Source: an uncultured Dechloromonas sp. (lineage in GTDB: Bacteria; Pseudomonadota; Gammaproteobacteria; Burkholderiales; Rhodocyclaceae). Taken from it: a stretch of 46,395 nucleotides of DNA. The notes under the pieces were generated by a model, which saw nothing but the letters and a program-made list of their open reading frames with translations, was not told where the DNA came from and made no database searches. The stretch spans positions 1 through 46,395 of the forward strand of contig CAZGPO010000001.1 in NCBI GenBank assembly GCA_964527745.1, in the 5' to 3' direction. Below, one piece after another: positions 1-7,981 of this stretch; the stretch's first letter is position 1; every line of letters starts with the position of its first letter. Made by a program: the position numbers and the translations under genes.

Positions 1-518
1 CCGAGGCCGATCGAATGGTCGGGAGTGATCTTGTAAGCCACTGATGGCGTAATGAACAGTTGCGACAGGTCCACCCCGGCATTGCCGTTGCCGCCGAAGG
101 CCGTCAACGGGTTGGTGGCGTAATCGGTATTCATGCCGCCGTTGCCGTAAATTGCAACGCTGCCGGACAGTTGCGGAGAGAACTGCTTGACGTAGCCGAG
201 TTCCGGAATGAAAAAGTTACTTTTGTCGTTGCCATCGTAGTCGCCGTTTAACCCTGGTATCTGGCTTCCGGTGATTTCCGTGCTGCGCTTCGGAGCGAAC
301 CAAGTCAGACCGAGATCAAGGCGGTCACCGACAAAGGCTGTGCCGGCCGGGTTGGTCGCGGCAGCCAGGCCGTCTTGCGGCAGGGCGATGCCGACACCGC
401 CCATGCCTGCTGATTTGACACCGTAGCCGGTTGCGAAGTAACCGCTGGTGGCCAGCGCCAAGCCGGGCAGACACAACAACGGCAGGACCGCAGCTTGTAC
501 ATATGGACGAATTTTCAT
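1..518 (-). CDS. fadL: OmpP1/FadL/TodX-family outer-membrane transport protein, 5' part (runs off the window's left edge; absent from the ORF track)
   Basis: Manual translation from the ATG at 518 gives MKIRPYVQAAVLPLLCLPGLALA-TSGYFATGYGVKSAGMGGVGIALPQDGLAAATNPAG...FFIPELGY...YGNGGMNTDY. This is a signal peptide followed by the GMGG...NPAG hatch motif of FadL. A GGAGG SD lies upstream. Confidence 0.85.
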   Translation of the reverse strand, partial: MKIRPYVQAAVLPLLCLPGLALATSGYFATGYGVKSAGMGGVGIALPQDGLAAATNPAGTAFVGDRLDLGLTWFAPKRSTEITGSQIPGLNGDYDGNDKSNFFIPELGYVKQFSPQLSGSVAIYGNGGMNTDYATNPLTAFGGNGNAGVDLSQLFITPSVAYKITPDHSIGL

Positions 519-543
519 ATTTTTCCCCTCCAAAATTAATGTG

Positions 544-567
544 AAAACCGCCAACTAAATGGCGGTT
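544..567 (-). terminator. Weak intrinsic terminator/hairpin between dsrE2 and fadL
   Basis: Inverted repeat AACCGCCA (546-553) / TGGCGGTT (560-567), with only a short T run on the minus strand. Confidence 0.4.
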
Positions 568-599
568 ATTGTTACGTACTTAATAAACCACGATCAAAA

Positions 600-1070
600 T
601 TACACGAAAAGACAGATGTCCGTCTCTCCGGCAAAGCCAAAAAACATTGCTGCGCCACCGTATTCAACATTTTCGATGAATTCGCTCTTGTCGAACTCGA
701 ACAGGTCGACGGTCATCTGGCAGGCGATGAACTTGACGTCGGCCTCGAGGCAGAGGTCACGCAACTCTTCCAGCGAGGCAACGCCGTGCTTCTTGAGCTT
801 CTGCTTCATCATCATGGTGGCCATGCTTTCCATGCCAGGCAGCATTTGCACCATGACCGGCATCGGCACCGGCATCGGCATCGCCGGGTTGGCCAGCGGG
901 CTGATCATCACGTCGGAAAGGTCCTTGCGCAGAAGCTGCAGGCCGTAGAAGGTGAAGAAGATCTGGACATCATAGCCAAGCGCAGCTGCGGTCGAGGCCA
1001 GGATGAATGGCGGATAGGCCATGTCCAGCGTGCCCTTGGTGGCGATGATCGCCATTTTCTTGGTGGTCAT
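600..1070 (-). CDS. dsrE2: DsrE2-type sulfurtransferase (DsrE/DsrF/DrsH-like)
   Basis: KGTLDMAYPPFILASTAAALG...FFTFYGL and ACQMTVDLF (conserved Cys) motifs. Lies directly downstream of tusA. Confidence 0.88.
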   Translation of the reverse strand: MTTKKMAIIATKGTLDMAYPPFILASTAAALGYDVQIFFTFYGLQLLRKDLSDVMISPLANPAMPMPVPMPVMVQMLPGMESMATMMMKQKLKKHGVASLEELRDLCLEADVKFIACQMTVDLFEFDKSEFIENVEYGGAAMFFGFAGETDICLFV

Positions 1071-1103
1071 GTGTTTTCCTTTGGTGTGGTATTCGTGAAC
1101 TGC

Positions 1104-1331
1104 TTATTTCTTCTGCATGAAGAAGATGTACTCGCTGTTTTCCTCGGTGCTTGACAACAGGGTGTTACCGGTTTGGTCGGCAAAAGCCTGCATATCCTTG
1201 ACCGCGCCGCAATCGGTGGCGACTACCTTGAGTACCTGACCGGAAGTCATGTCGGCCAATGATTTTTTGGTCTTCACGATCGGTAAGGGGCAGGACAGGC
1301 CGCGTGCGTTCAATTCTTTGTCGAAATTCAT
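1104..1331 (-). CDS. tusA: Sulfur carrier protein TusA
   Basis: NARGLSCPLP (CPxP) and SGQVLKVVATD. About 75 aa from the ATG at 1331, which follows a GGAG SD. Confidence 0.93.
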   Translation of the reverse strand: MNFDKELNARGLSCPLPIVKTKKSLADMTSGQVLKVVATDCGAVKDMQAFADQTGNTLLSSTEENSEYIFFMQKK

Positions 1332-1351
1332 TATTCCATCTCCCACTGGTT

Positions 1352-1477
1352 AGCAAAAAGTTGCTTTGACAGACAAACATGCTGTCAAAATTTTAAAAGC
1401 CTAATTTGTAATTAGGAACGTAACACTATTTTCAGTCCATACCCACGTTGGGTGTAGTGGATAGCCCGTTAGTGTTA
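1352..1477. promoter_or_regulatory. Cluster of inverted repeats upstream of tusA (candidate operators)
   Basis: TTTGACAG-N9-CTGTCAAA (1365-1389), CCTAATT-N3-AATTAGG (1400-1416), TAACACTA (1421-1428)...TAGTGTTA (1470-1477), and TACCCAC at 1440-1446. Confidence 0.5.
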
Positions 1478-1568
1478 TTTTCAGCAAGTGCTTATATGCA
1501 ATCGTGTTTCTCGAAAATCCTGCTACCCTTTTTCTGGCGTCTCGGCTGGATGTTTTTTCGCAGTATTT

Positions 1569-4133
1569 TCAGCCAGTAGTGTTCAGCCCGGTTTGTGACG
1601 TTTCGCCAGCCAGCAATACGGGTACCTCGGCACTACGAATTACCGTATCCCCGACGCTGCCCAGCAATTTGCGGCTTAAGCCGCCACGCGTATGACGATA
1701 TAGCACGATGAGATCGGCACCTGTAGCGCGTACGGCATTGAGAATACCGTCGGCAATATCACCGCTGCCCACCATCAGTTCGCCAGTCAGGCCGTCGACT
1801 TTAAGCTCGGCAATCGCCAGTTTTGCAGCATCCTCGATCTCTGACGGCAACTGCTCGGAGCGGTCGGTAATGGAGAAAAGGGTGATCGGCAAATGATTCG
1901 GCTTGGCGAGTTGGGCCGCCAGTTCGGTAGCGCTGCGCGCTGCGTCGCTCCCATCAAAAGCAACCAACACGCGACGCGACCAGAGTTGGCTGCCCGGTGC
2001 GACGACAAGTACTGGGCATGGTGAGCCGGCGATAATTTGCTGTGCCACTGGGCCAATTTCGTTCGCACCTGGCGTCAGCCGTCGCCCGATGACCAGCAAG
2101 GAGGTATTTGCAGCAAGAACGGCGGCACTGATTTCGCTGGCGAGATCGCTGCCCTGGCGAATCACCGGTTTGCAAGCAACGTCTGCCGCCGCCGCCTCTG
2201 TCCTGACCACCACCAGTCGTTCGGCGACTTCCTTGTCGGTGCCGACCGCCACAATGTCAAGCTTGACACCAAGTTCGCGCGCCAGCGCGATGGCAACGCC
2301 ACGCGTGGACGGTGCCATCGCGCTGGTGTCTGCGGCAAGCATCAGGCGTAACCGGCGGTCGCCATCGGGTAGTTGGCCACTGTTGCAATTGTTGAAGATG
2401 CGTGTCTTGCAATTGCGGCAAACATTCGGGTCAAGTGTCCAGTAGACCGCATCGGTCGGATTGGTCTTGACCGGGAAGAACGCCCCTTCGCCAATTTCAT
2501 GTACATAATTACCCTGACGCAGCAGCTGATAGGCCGTATCCTTCATCCGATAGAAATAGAGGCCGCCACCCATGCGCCGGCGTCGTCTGGCTTCCTGGGC
2601 GAACATTTCGGCGCCGGCAACATCGATGAAGTTCATACTGAGGGAAACGACCAGTACTGACTTCTGCCGCGGGTTGTCGACGTCGATCTGCTGCAGCGAG
2701 TTTTGGATGTGGTCTACAGCCCCGAAGTAGGCTGAACCATTGATGCGCACAATACGCAGTTGCGGGCATTCCGGCTTGCCGCGTGCATCGACGAAATGAT
2801 AACCGCGCGCATCGACTACCGGGACCAGAGGTTCGATCGTCGGACGCGAGGTGCGGTAGAGATAGAGCAGCAGGGAAAGCAGCACGCCGCTGACGATGCC
2901 TGCCTCAAGGTTCATCAGCGTACCAATGATGGTGACCCAGAGGATCGCCGATTCTGATTTGCTGGTCTTCCAGATCGAGCTGATATGGTGGAAATCGATC
3001 AGGCCCCAGGCGACCAGGAATAGAATCCCGGCCATCGCCGCGTTCGGCAGGTAAGCCGCGAGCGGTGCAACCATGAGCAGAATGATCACCAGAAAGATCG
3101 ACGCAAATACGGTCGCCAGCGGCGTCCGTGCCCCTGCCTCGTAATTCACGCCGGAACGGTTGAACGATCCCGATGAGGCGTAGCCGGAGAAGAATGAGCC
3201 GACGATGTTGGACAAACCTTGGCCGATGAACTCCTGGTTACCATCGATGCGCTGCTCCGAACGTACCGCGATGGCACGTGCGATCGATACCGCTTCGGTC
3301 AGCGCCAGCATGGTAATGACCAGTGCCGGGCCGAAGGTCTTTTTCAGCGCGTTGAAGGAGAAATCAGGCAGCGAAAGCGGCGGCAGGCCGGCAGGCAGGG
3401 CGCCGACCGTCTTGATCCCGGTTTCGCTCTGCCCGATGAGCGTGTTGAGCACATAGGCTACGATGCCGCCGACCAGCATTGCAGCGATCATGTAGGGAAA
3501 TTTTTTCCAGTAGCGTTTGGTCAGAATGCCGGCCGCCAATGTTGCCAGACCGACCCCGGCAACCCATGGGTTGATGCGGTCGAGCTGGACGAAAAGCTGG
3601 TGAAGGATCTCGTAAAACGGTACGCCGCGCGGAATGTCGATGCCGAAGAAACTGCGGATCTGGCTAGCGGCAATCAGCACCGCCGCACCGCTGGTAAAAC
3701 CGATGACGACCGTGTGAGATATGAAATTCACCACCGCCCCCATGCGCGCCAGCCCAAGCGCCAGCTGGAAAATGCCGACTTGCAGGGTGAGCGTGAGGAC
3801 CAGGCCGATATATTCAGGGGTGCCTGGTTCGGCCAGATGGTGAACTGCCGCGAAGAGGGCAATCGATATCGCGGTGGTCGGGCCGGAAACGAGATGCCAT
3901 GACGAACCGAACAGTGCGGCGACAATGGCCGGAACCATGGCGGCATAAAGACCGTATTGCGGTGGTAAGCCGGCGATGGTGGCGAAGGCGACGCCTTGGG
4001 GGAGTACAATCAGGGCGCCGGTGAATCCGGCCAGCAGGTCATCACGGAGGGTTTCTCGCTTGACCAGCGGCCACCATGCGAGAAAAGGCAATAGTCGGCG
4101 AAGGGCTAACCCAAATTTTGGAGATGTAGGCAT
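1569..4133 (-). CDS. sulP: SulP/SLC26 anion permease with STAS domain, fused to two universal-stress-protein (USP) domains
   Basis: DLLAGFTGALIVLPQGVAFA, GLYAA, GPT, NQEFIGQGLSN, SGSFNRS and a STAS segment (YFGAV...MNFIDVAG). These are followed by USP motifs RRVLVAFDGS and GADLIVL...LLGSVGDTVIRSAEVPVLL. Confidence 0.9.
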   Translation of the reverse strand: MPTSPKFGLALRRLLPFLAWWPLVKRETLRDDLLAGFTGALIVLPQGVAFATIAGLPPQYGLYAAMVPAIVAALFGSSWHLVSGPTTAISIALFAAVHHLAEPGTPEYIGLVLTLTLQVGIFQLALGLARMGAVVNFISHTVVIGFTSGAAVLIAASQIRSFFGIDIPRGVPFYEILHQLFVQLDRINPWVAGVGLATLAAGILTKRYWKKFPYMIAAMLVGGIVAYVLNTLIGQSETGIKTVGALPAGLPPLSLPDFSFNALKKTFGPALVITMLALTEAVSIARAIAVRSEQRIDGNQEFIGQGLSNIVGSFFSGYASSGSFNRSGVNYEAGARTPLATVFASIFLVIILLMVAPLAAYLPNAAMAGILFLVAWGLIDFHHISSIWKTSKSESAILWVTIIGTLMNLEAGIVSGVLLSLLLYLYRTSRPTIEPLVPVVDARGYHFVDARGKPECPQLRIVRINGSAYFGAVDHIQNSLQQIDVDNPRQKSVLVVSLSMNFIDVAGAEMFAQEARRRRRMGGGLYFYRMKDTAYQLLRQGNYVHEIGEGAFFPVKTNPTDAVYWTLDPNVCRNCKTRIFNNCNSGQLPDGDRRLRLMLAADTSAMAPSTRGVAIALARELGVKLDIVAVGTDKEVAERLVVVRTEAAAADVACKPVIRQGSDLASEISAAVLAANTSLLVIGRRLTPGANEIGPVAQQIIAGSPCPVLVVAPGSQLWSRRVLVAFDGSDAARSATELAAQLAKPNHLPITLFSITDRSEQLPSEIEDAAKLAIAELKVDGLTGELMVGSGDIADGILNAVRATGADLIVLYRHTRGGLSRKLLGSVGDTVIRSAEVPVLLAGETSQTGLNTTG

Positions 4134-4144
4134 ATTAGCTTTTA

Positions 4145-4201
4145 ATTATCGCACTGGTCTGCATGCTTGCAAGCAAAAATATCCGGATAACTTGGGAAGT
4201 T
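4145..4201 (-). promoter_or_regulatory. Candidate sigma70 promoter for sulP with overlapping palindromes
   Basis: Minus strand TTGCAA (4172-4167)-16 nt-GATAAT (4150-4145) with an extended -10 TGn. Palindromes TGCTTGCAAGCA (4164-4175), TATCCGGATA (4180-4189) and AACTT-GGG-AAGTT (4189-4201). Confidence 0.45.
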
Positions 4202-4362
4202 TTGTGTCCTATTTGCCGCAAGTGCCGATATATGAATTGGGTTTTGAGGGTAATTGATGGCCTTTTCTATACAATCGGATTAGTTTCATCATGAAATAGG
4301 TTTTGGGGGCGGCGCGCCCATCTGGCGTGCATATAAAGCTGCAACAGGCATAAAAAATATTG

Positions 4363-6375
4363 ATGGACATACTCTCCCTGCTTCCTGGCAAGCCAGTTCA
4401 ATGGGCGTGGGGTATCGCGTTGTTTTGGCTGTTGCTGGGGTTCGCTGCGCTGTGGCCGCAGGTTTCGCGAAATTTGCGCAGCCGCGTGATATTTCCGCTG
4501 GGTGCTGCGGGTGCGCTCGCTATCGCCGTAACGGGCGTGGCGGGGCTGGTCCTGCCCGCATCAACGCTGATCCTGCCTATCGGTCTCCCGGGCTTGCTCT
4601 TCCATTTGCGGCTGGACGCTCTGTCGGCTTTTTTCATGTTGCTGCTGGGCAGCGCAGCCTTCGGTATCACGGTCTACGCAAGCGGTTACTTCAAAAATGT
4701 GGTTGCCGGCCCACTGGCTGTTCTGGCCTTGTGGTACCACCTGTTCCTGGCCAGTATGGTTATGGTCATGCTCGCCGACGATGCCTATACCTTCATGGTG
4801 TCCTGGGAGGCAATGGCCCTTTCATCGTATTTTCTCGTCACTACCGACCACAAGGTTCCCGAGATTCGGCGCGCAGGCTTCCTTTATCTGCTGATCGCGC
4901 ACGTCGGCGCCATTGCCTTGCTGCTCGCGTTTGGCTTGCTGCAGGGCGGGCAGGGGGATTACACCTTCGAAACCATGCGCCTGGCCGAAATTTCGCCACG
5001 CTGGGCCTCGGTAGTGTACCTGCTGGCGCTTTTCGGTTTTGGCGCTAAGGCGGGGCTGGTTCCTCTGCATGTATGGTTACCTGAAGCGCACCCGGCTGCC
5101 CCTTCGCCGGTGTCGGCGCTGATGTCCGGGGTGATGCTGAAGACAGCGATCTATGGACTGTTGCGGTTGACCTTCGATTTGCTCAATATCCGGATCGCCT
5201 GGTGGGGCACGCTGGCGCTGGCGCTGGGGCTGATTACCGCGCTCTATGGCGTCATTTTCGCCGCGGTACAGTCGGACATGAAACGTCTGCTGGCGTGGTC
5301 GTCGATCGAGAACATCGGGGTAATTCTTGCCGCCTTTGGCCTTACGCTGATTTTCTACACCGACGGCAAGGGCGCGCTGGCCGCACTGACGCTGACCGCT
5401 TTGCTGTATCACGCCCTCAACCATGCTTTCTTCAAGGGGCTCCTGTTCGTCGGCACGGGTTCCGTGTTGCATGCTACGGGCGAGCGCCACATGGGCTACC
5501 TCGGCGGGTTGATGCGTTTCATGCCGTGGACGGCCTGGCTGACCCTGATCGGCGCCCTGGCGATTGCCGGGTTGCCGCCCTTGAACGGTTTCGTATCGGA
5601 ATGGCTGCTGCTGCAGGCATTCCTGCTTACGCCGGGCCTTTCTAAGCCCTACCTCAACATGATCATTCCGGTGGCCGCGGCTACGGTGGCCCTGGCCGCC
5701 GCGCTCGCAGCCTACGTCATGGTGAAGTTCTATGGCGTGATTTTCCTCGGGCAGCCACGCGCCCCTGCGCTGCAGCAAGCACACGATGCAGGCTGGGCCG
5801 AGCGCCTGGGCATGCTGTGGCTGGCGGGTGGCTGCGTATTGCTCGGTCTGTTGCCGACCCAGGTCATTCTATGGATCGAACCCGCGGTCAGGATGCTGGT
5901 CTGGGATTCCCTGCCGAGCGGCGGCCACTGGTTGTTTCTCACGCCGGTTTCGAGCGAACGTGCAAGCTATGCGCCATTGATCTTCTTTGCAGTGGTCGTT
6001 GGGGTGTTGCTGCTTACTTTTTTCTGGGTACGGCGTATCTATCATGGCCGGGTGCGGCGCAGTGATCCGTGGGATTGCGGATACCCTGAACAGGATGCCC
6101 GCATGCAGGACAGCGCCGAGGGGTTCGGGCAGCCCATTCGGCAGATTTTTGCAGTGTTCATGCAGGCTGAGCGGGAAACCCCTGATCCGTTCGAGCGTAA
6201 GCCGCGTTATCGCGGAGCTTCCGTGGACAAGCTCTGGCTCATTTGCTACATGCCGATAGCGCACCTTGTAAGCTGGTTGTCGGATCAGGCAGGGCGGATG
6301 CAGCACGGGCGCATCCAGTGGTATCTGGTCTATAGTTTCGCGACCCTGGTCGTCCTGTTGGTACTAACGCAATGA
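4363..6375 (+). CDS. hyfB: Hydrogenase-4 component B-like antiporter subunit (NuoL/MrpA family) of an Ehr complex
   Basis: KAGLVPLHVWLPEAHPAAPSPVSALMSGVMLK, KRLLAWSSIENIG, LPPLNGFVSEW and C-terminal WDCG. Start is ATG 4363 or TTG 4360. Confidence 0.92.
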   Translation: MDILSLLPGKPVQWAWGIALFWLLLGFAALWPQVSRNLRSRVIFPLGAAGALAIAVTGVAGLVLPASTLILPIGLPGLLFHLRLDALSAFFMLLLGSAAFGITVYASGYFKNVVAGPLAVLALWYHLFLASMVMVMLADDAYTFMVSWEAMALSSYFLVTTDHKVPEIRRAGFLYLLIAHVGAIALLLAFGLLQGGQGDYTFETMRLAEISPRWASVVYLLALFGFGAKAGLVPLHVWLPEAHPAAPSPVSALMSGVMLKTAIYGLLRLTFDLLNIRIAWWGTLALALGLITALYGVIFAAVQSDMKRLLAWSSIENIGVILAAFGLTLIFYTDGKGALAALTLTALLYHALNHAFFKGLLFVGTGSVLHATGERHMGYLGGLMRFMPWTAWLTLIGALAIAGLPPLNGFVSEWLLLQAFLLTPGLSKPYLNMIIPVAAATVALAAALAAYVMVKFYGVIFLGQPRAPALQQAHDAGWAERLGMLWLAGGCVLLGLLPTQVILWIEPAVRMLVWDSLPSGGHWLFLTPVSSERASYAPLIFFAVVVGVLLLTFFWVRRIYHGRVRRSDPWDCGYPEQDARMQDSAEGFGQPIRQIFAVFMQAERETPDPFERKPRYRGASVDKLWLICYMPIAHLVSWLSDQAGRMQHGRIQWYLVYSFATLVVLLVLTQ

Positions 6376-7316
6376 GTACCGGCATCATCCTGCAATTTAC
6401 CCAGACCCTGCTGGCCATTCTGCTGGCGCCGTTACTGATGGGTTGGGTCAATCAGTGTCGCGCCTGGCTGCAGGGGCGACGCGCGCCACCGATTACACAG
6501 CCCTACCGTACGTTGCGCAAATTGTTCCACAAGGATGCGGTCATCGCCCACAACGCGTCGCCGCTGTTCCGCTTTGCGCCGTACATGATCTTTGCCTGCA
6601 TGGCGCTGGCCGCAGGCATCGTGCCGACGATCGCCAACGACCTGCCTTTCTCGCCGGCGGCCGACGTCATTGCGCTTGTCGGCATTTTTGCGCTGGCCCG
6701 GGTATTTCTAGCACTGGCGGCGATGGATATCGGTACCTCGTTCGGCTCGCTCGGCGCGCGCCGGGAGATGCTGGTTGCCTTCCTTGCCGAACCGGCGTTG
6801 TTGATGGTTTTCTTCACCGCCAGCCTGATATCACACTCCACCGAATTGCCGGTGATCGTGACTGCTCTGGCGCATCGCGAATTCGCCATCTATCCAAGCC
6901 TGGCGTTCGCCGGGGTAGCATTCTGGATGATTTCGGTGGCCGAGAATGCGCGTATTCCGGTGGACAACCCAACCACCCATCTCGAATTGACGATGATCCA
7001 CGAAGCCATGATTCTCGAATATTCGGCACGCCACCTGGCGCTGATCGAGTGGGCGGTGGCCTTGAAGCTATTTACCTATTCGGCGCTCGGGATTGCGCTG
7101 TTCATGCCGTGGGGAATCGCCGTGCAGGGAAGTTACGCCGCCTTGCCGCTGGCATTGTTGGCGATGCTCGTCAAGCTGCTGCTCGGCGGGGCGCTTCTGG
7201 CCTTCATCGAGGCGATGTCGGCCAAGGTGCGCCTGTTTCGGGTTCCCGAGTTTCTTGGTACTGCCTTCCTGTTGGCAGTGCTCGGGATGCTGATCCATTT
7301 CCTGCTGGAGGTGTGA
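6372..7316 (+). CDS. hyfC: HyfC/HycD (NuoH-like) membrane subunit
   Basis: LQGRRAPPITQPY, GARRE and ENARIPVDNPTTHLELTMIHEAMILEYS. ATGA overlap with hyfB. Confidence 0.92.
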   Translation: MSTGIILQFTQTLLAILLAPLLMGWVNQCRAWLQGRRAPPITQPYRTLRKLFHKDAVIAHNASPLFRFAPYMIFACMALAAGIVPTIANDLPFSPAADVIALVGIFALARVFLALAAMDIGTSFGSLGARREMLVAFLAEPALLMVFFTASLISHSTELPVIVTALAHREFAIYPSLAFAGVAFWMISVAENARIPVDNPTTHLELTMIHEAMILEYSARHLALIEWAVALKLFTYSALGIALFMPWGIAVQGSYAALPLALLAMLVKLLLGGALLAFIEAMSAKVRLFRVPEFLGTAFLLAVLGMLIHFLLEV

Positions 7317-7317
7317 C

Positions 7318-7980
7318 ATGGCTTTGTCCTATCACCTTCAGATCGTCAATTTTCTGGCTGCAATGCTCCTGCTGATTTCCTTCGCGATGTTGTCGCAGCG
7401 CCGCATCGTCGGGCTGATCACCCTGTTTGCCTGGCAGGGTGCGGCACTGGCGGCCTCTGCGGCCCTGGTCGCCTGGGCCACCGGCCAGCACCACCTTTAT
7501 TACTCGGCGGTACTGACGCTGGCGCTCAAGGTGATTGCCATGCCCTGGTTTTTCTACCGCACAGTGAAAAAGCTCAATGTCGGGCGGGATGTGGAGCCAA
7601 TGATCAATATCCCGACAACCATGCTGATCGGCATCGTGCTGGTGATTTTCGCCTTCAATCTGGCGCTGCCGATCTCCCAGTTTTCCGGCACCGTCATGCG
7701 GTCAACCCTGGGCATTGCCTTGGCTTGCGTACTTCTCGGCTTCCTGATGATGATCACGCGCAAGAAGGCGATTCCTCAGGTGATCGGCTTCCTGTCCATC
7801 GAGAACAGCCTGTTCTTCGCGGCGACCAGCGCCACCTACGGCATGCCGCTGGTGGTTGAACTTGGCGTCGCGCTCGATGTGATGGTCGGCGTGATCGTGT
7901 TGAGCATATTCTTCTTCCAGATTCGTGAGGCTTTCGATTCGCTGGATCTGAAGCACATGGAAAAGCTGAAAGAGCGCTGA
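7318..7980 (+). CDS. hyfE: HyfE membrane subunit
   Basis: Hydrophobic 220 aa protein with QVIGFLSIENS...GMPLVVELG...LD, in the usual operon position. Confidence 0.88.
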   Translation: MALSYHLQIVNFLAAMLLLISFAMLSQRRIVGLITLFAWQGAALAASAALVAWATGQHHLYYSAVLTLALKVIAMPWFFYRTVKKLNVGRDVEPMINIPTTMLIGIVLVIFAFNLALPISQFSGTVMRSTLGIALACVLLGFLMMITRKKAIPQVIGFLSIENSLFFAATSATYGMPLVVELGVALDVMVGVIVLSIFFFQIREAFDSLDLKHMEKLKER

Positions 7981-7981
7981 G

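Noticed and set aside
855-890. CCGGCAT/CGGCAC short tandem repeats
   Set aside because: They simply encode the PMPVPMPV low-complexity segment of DsrE2.
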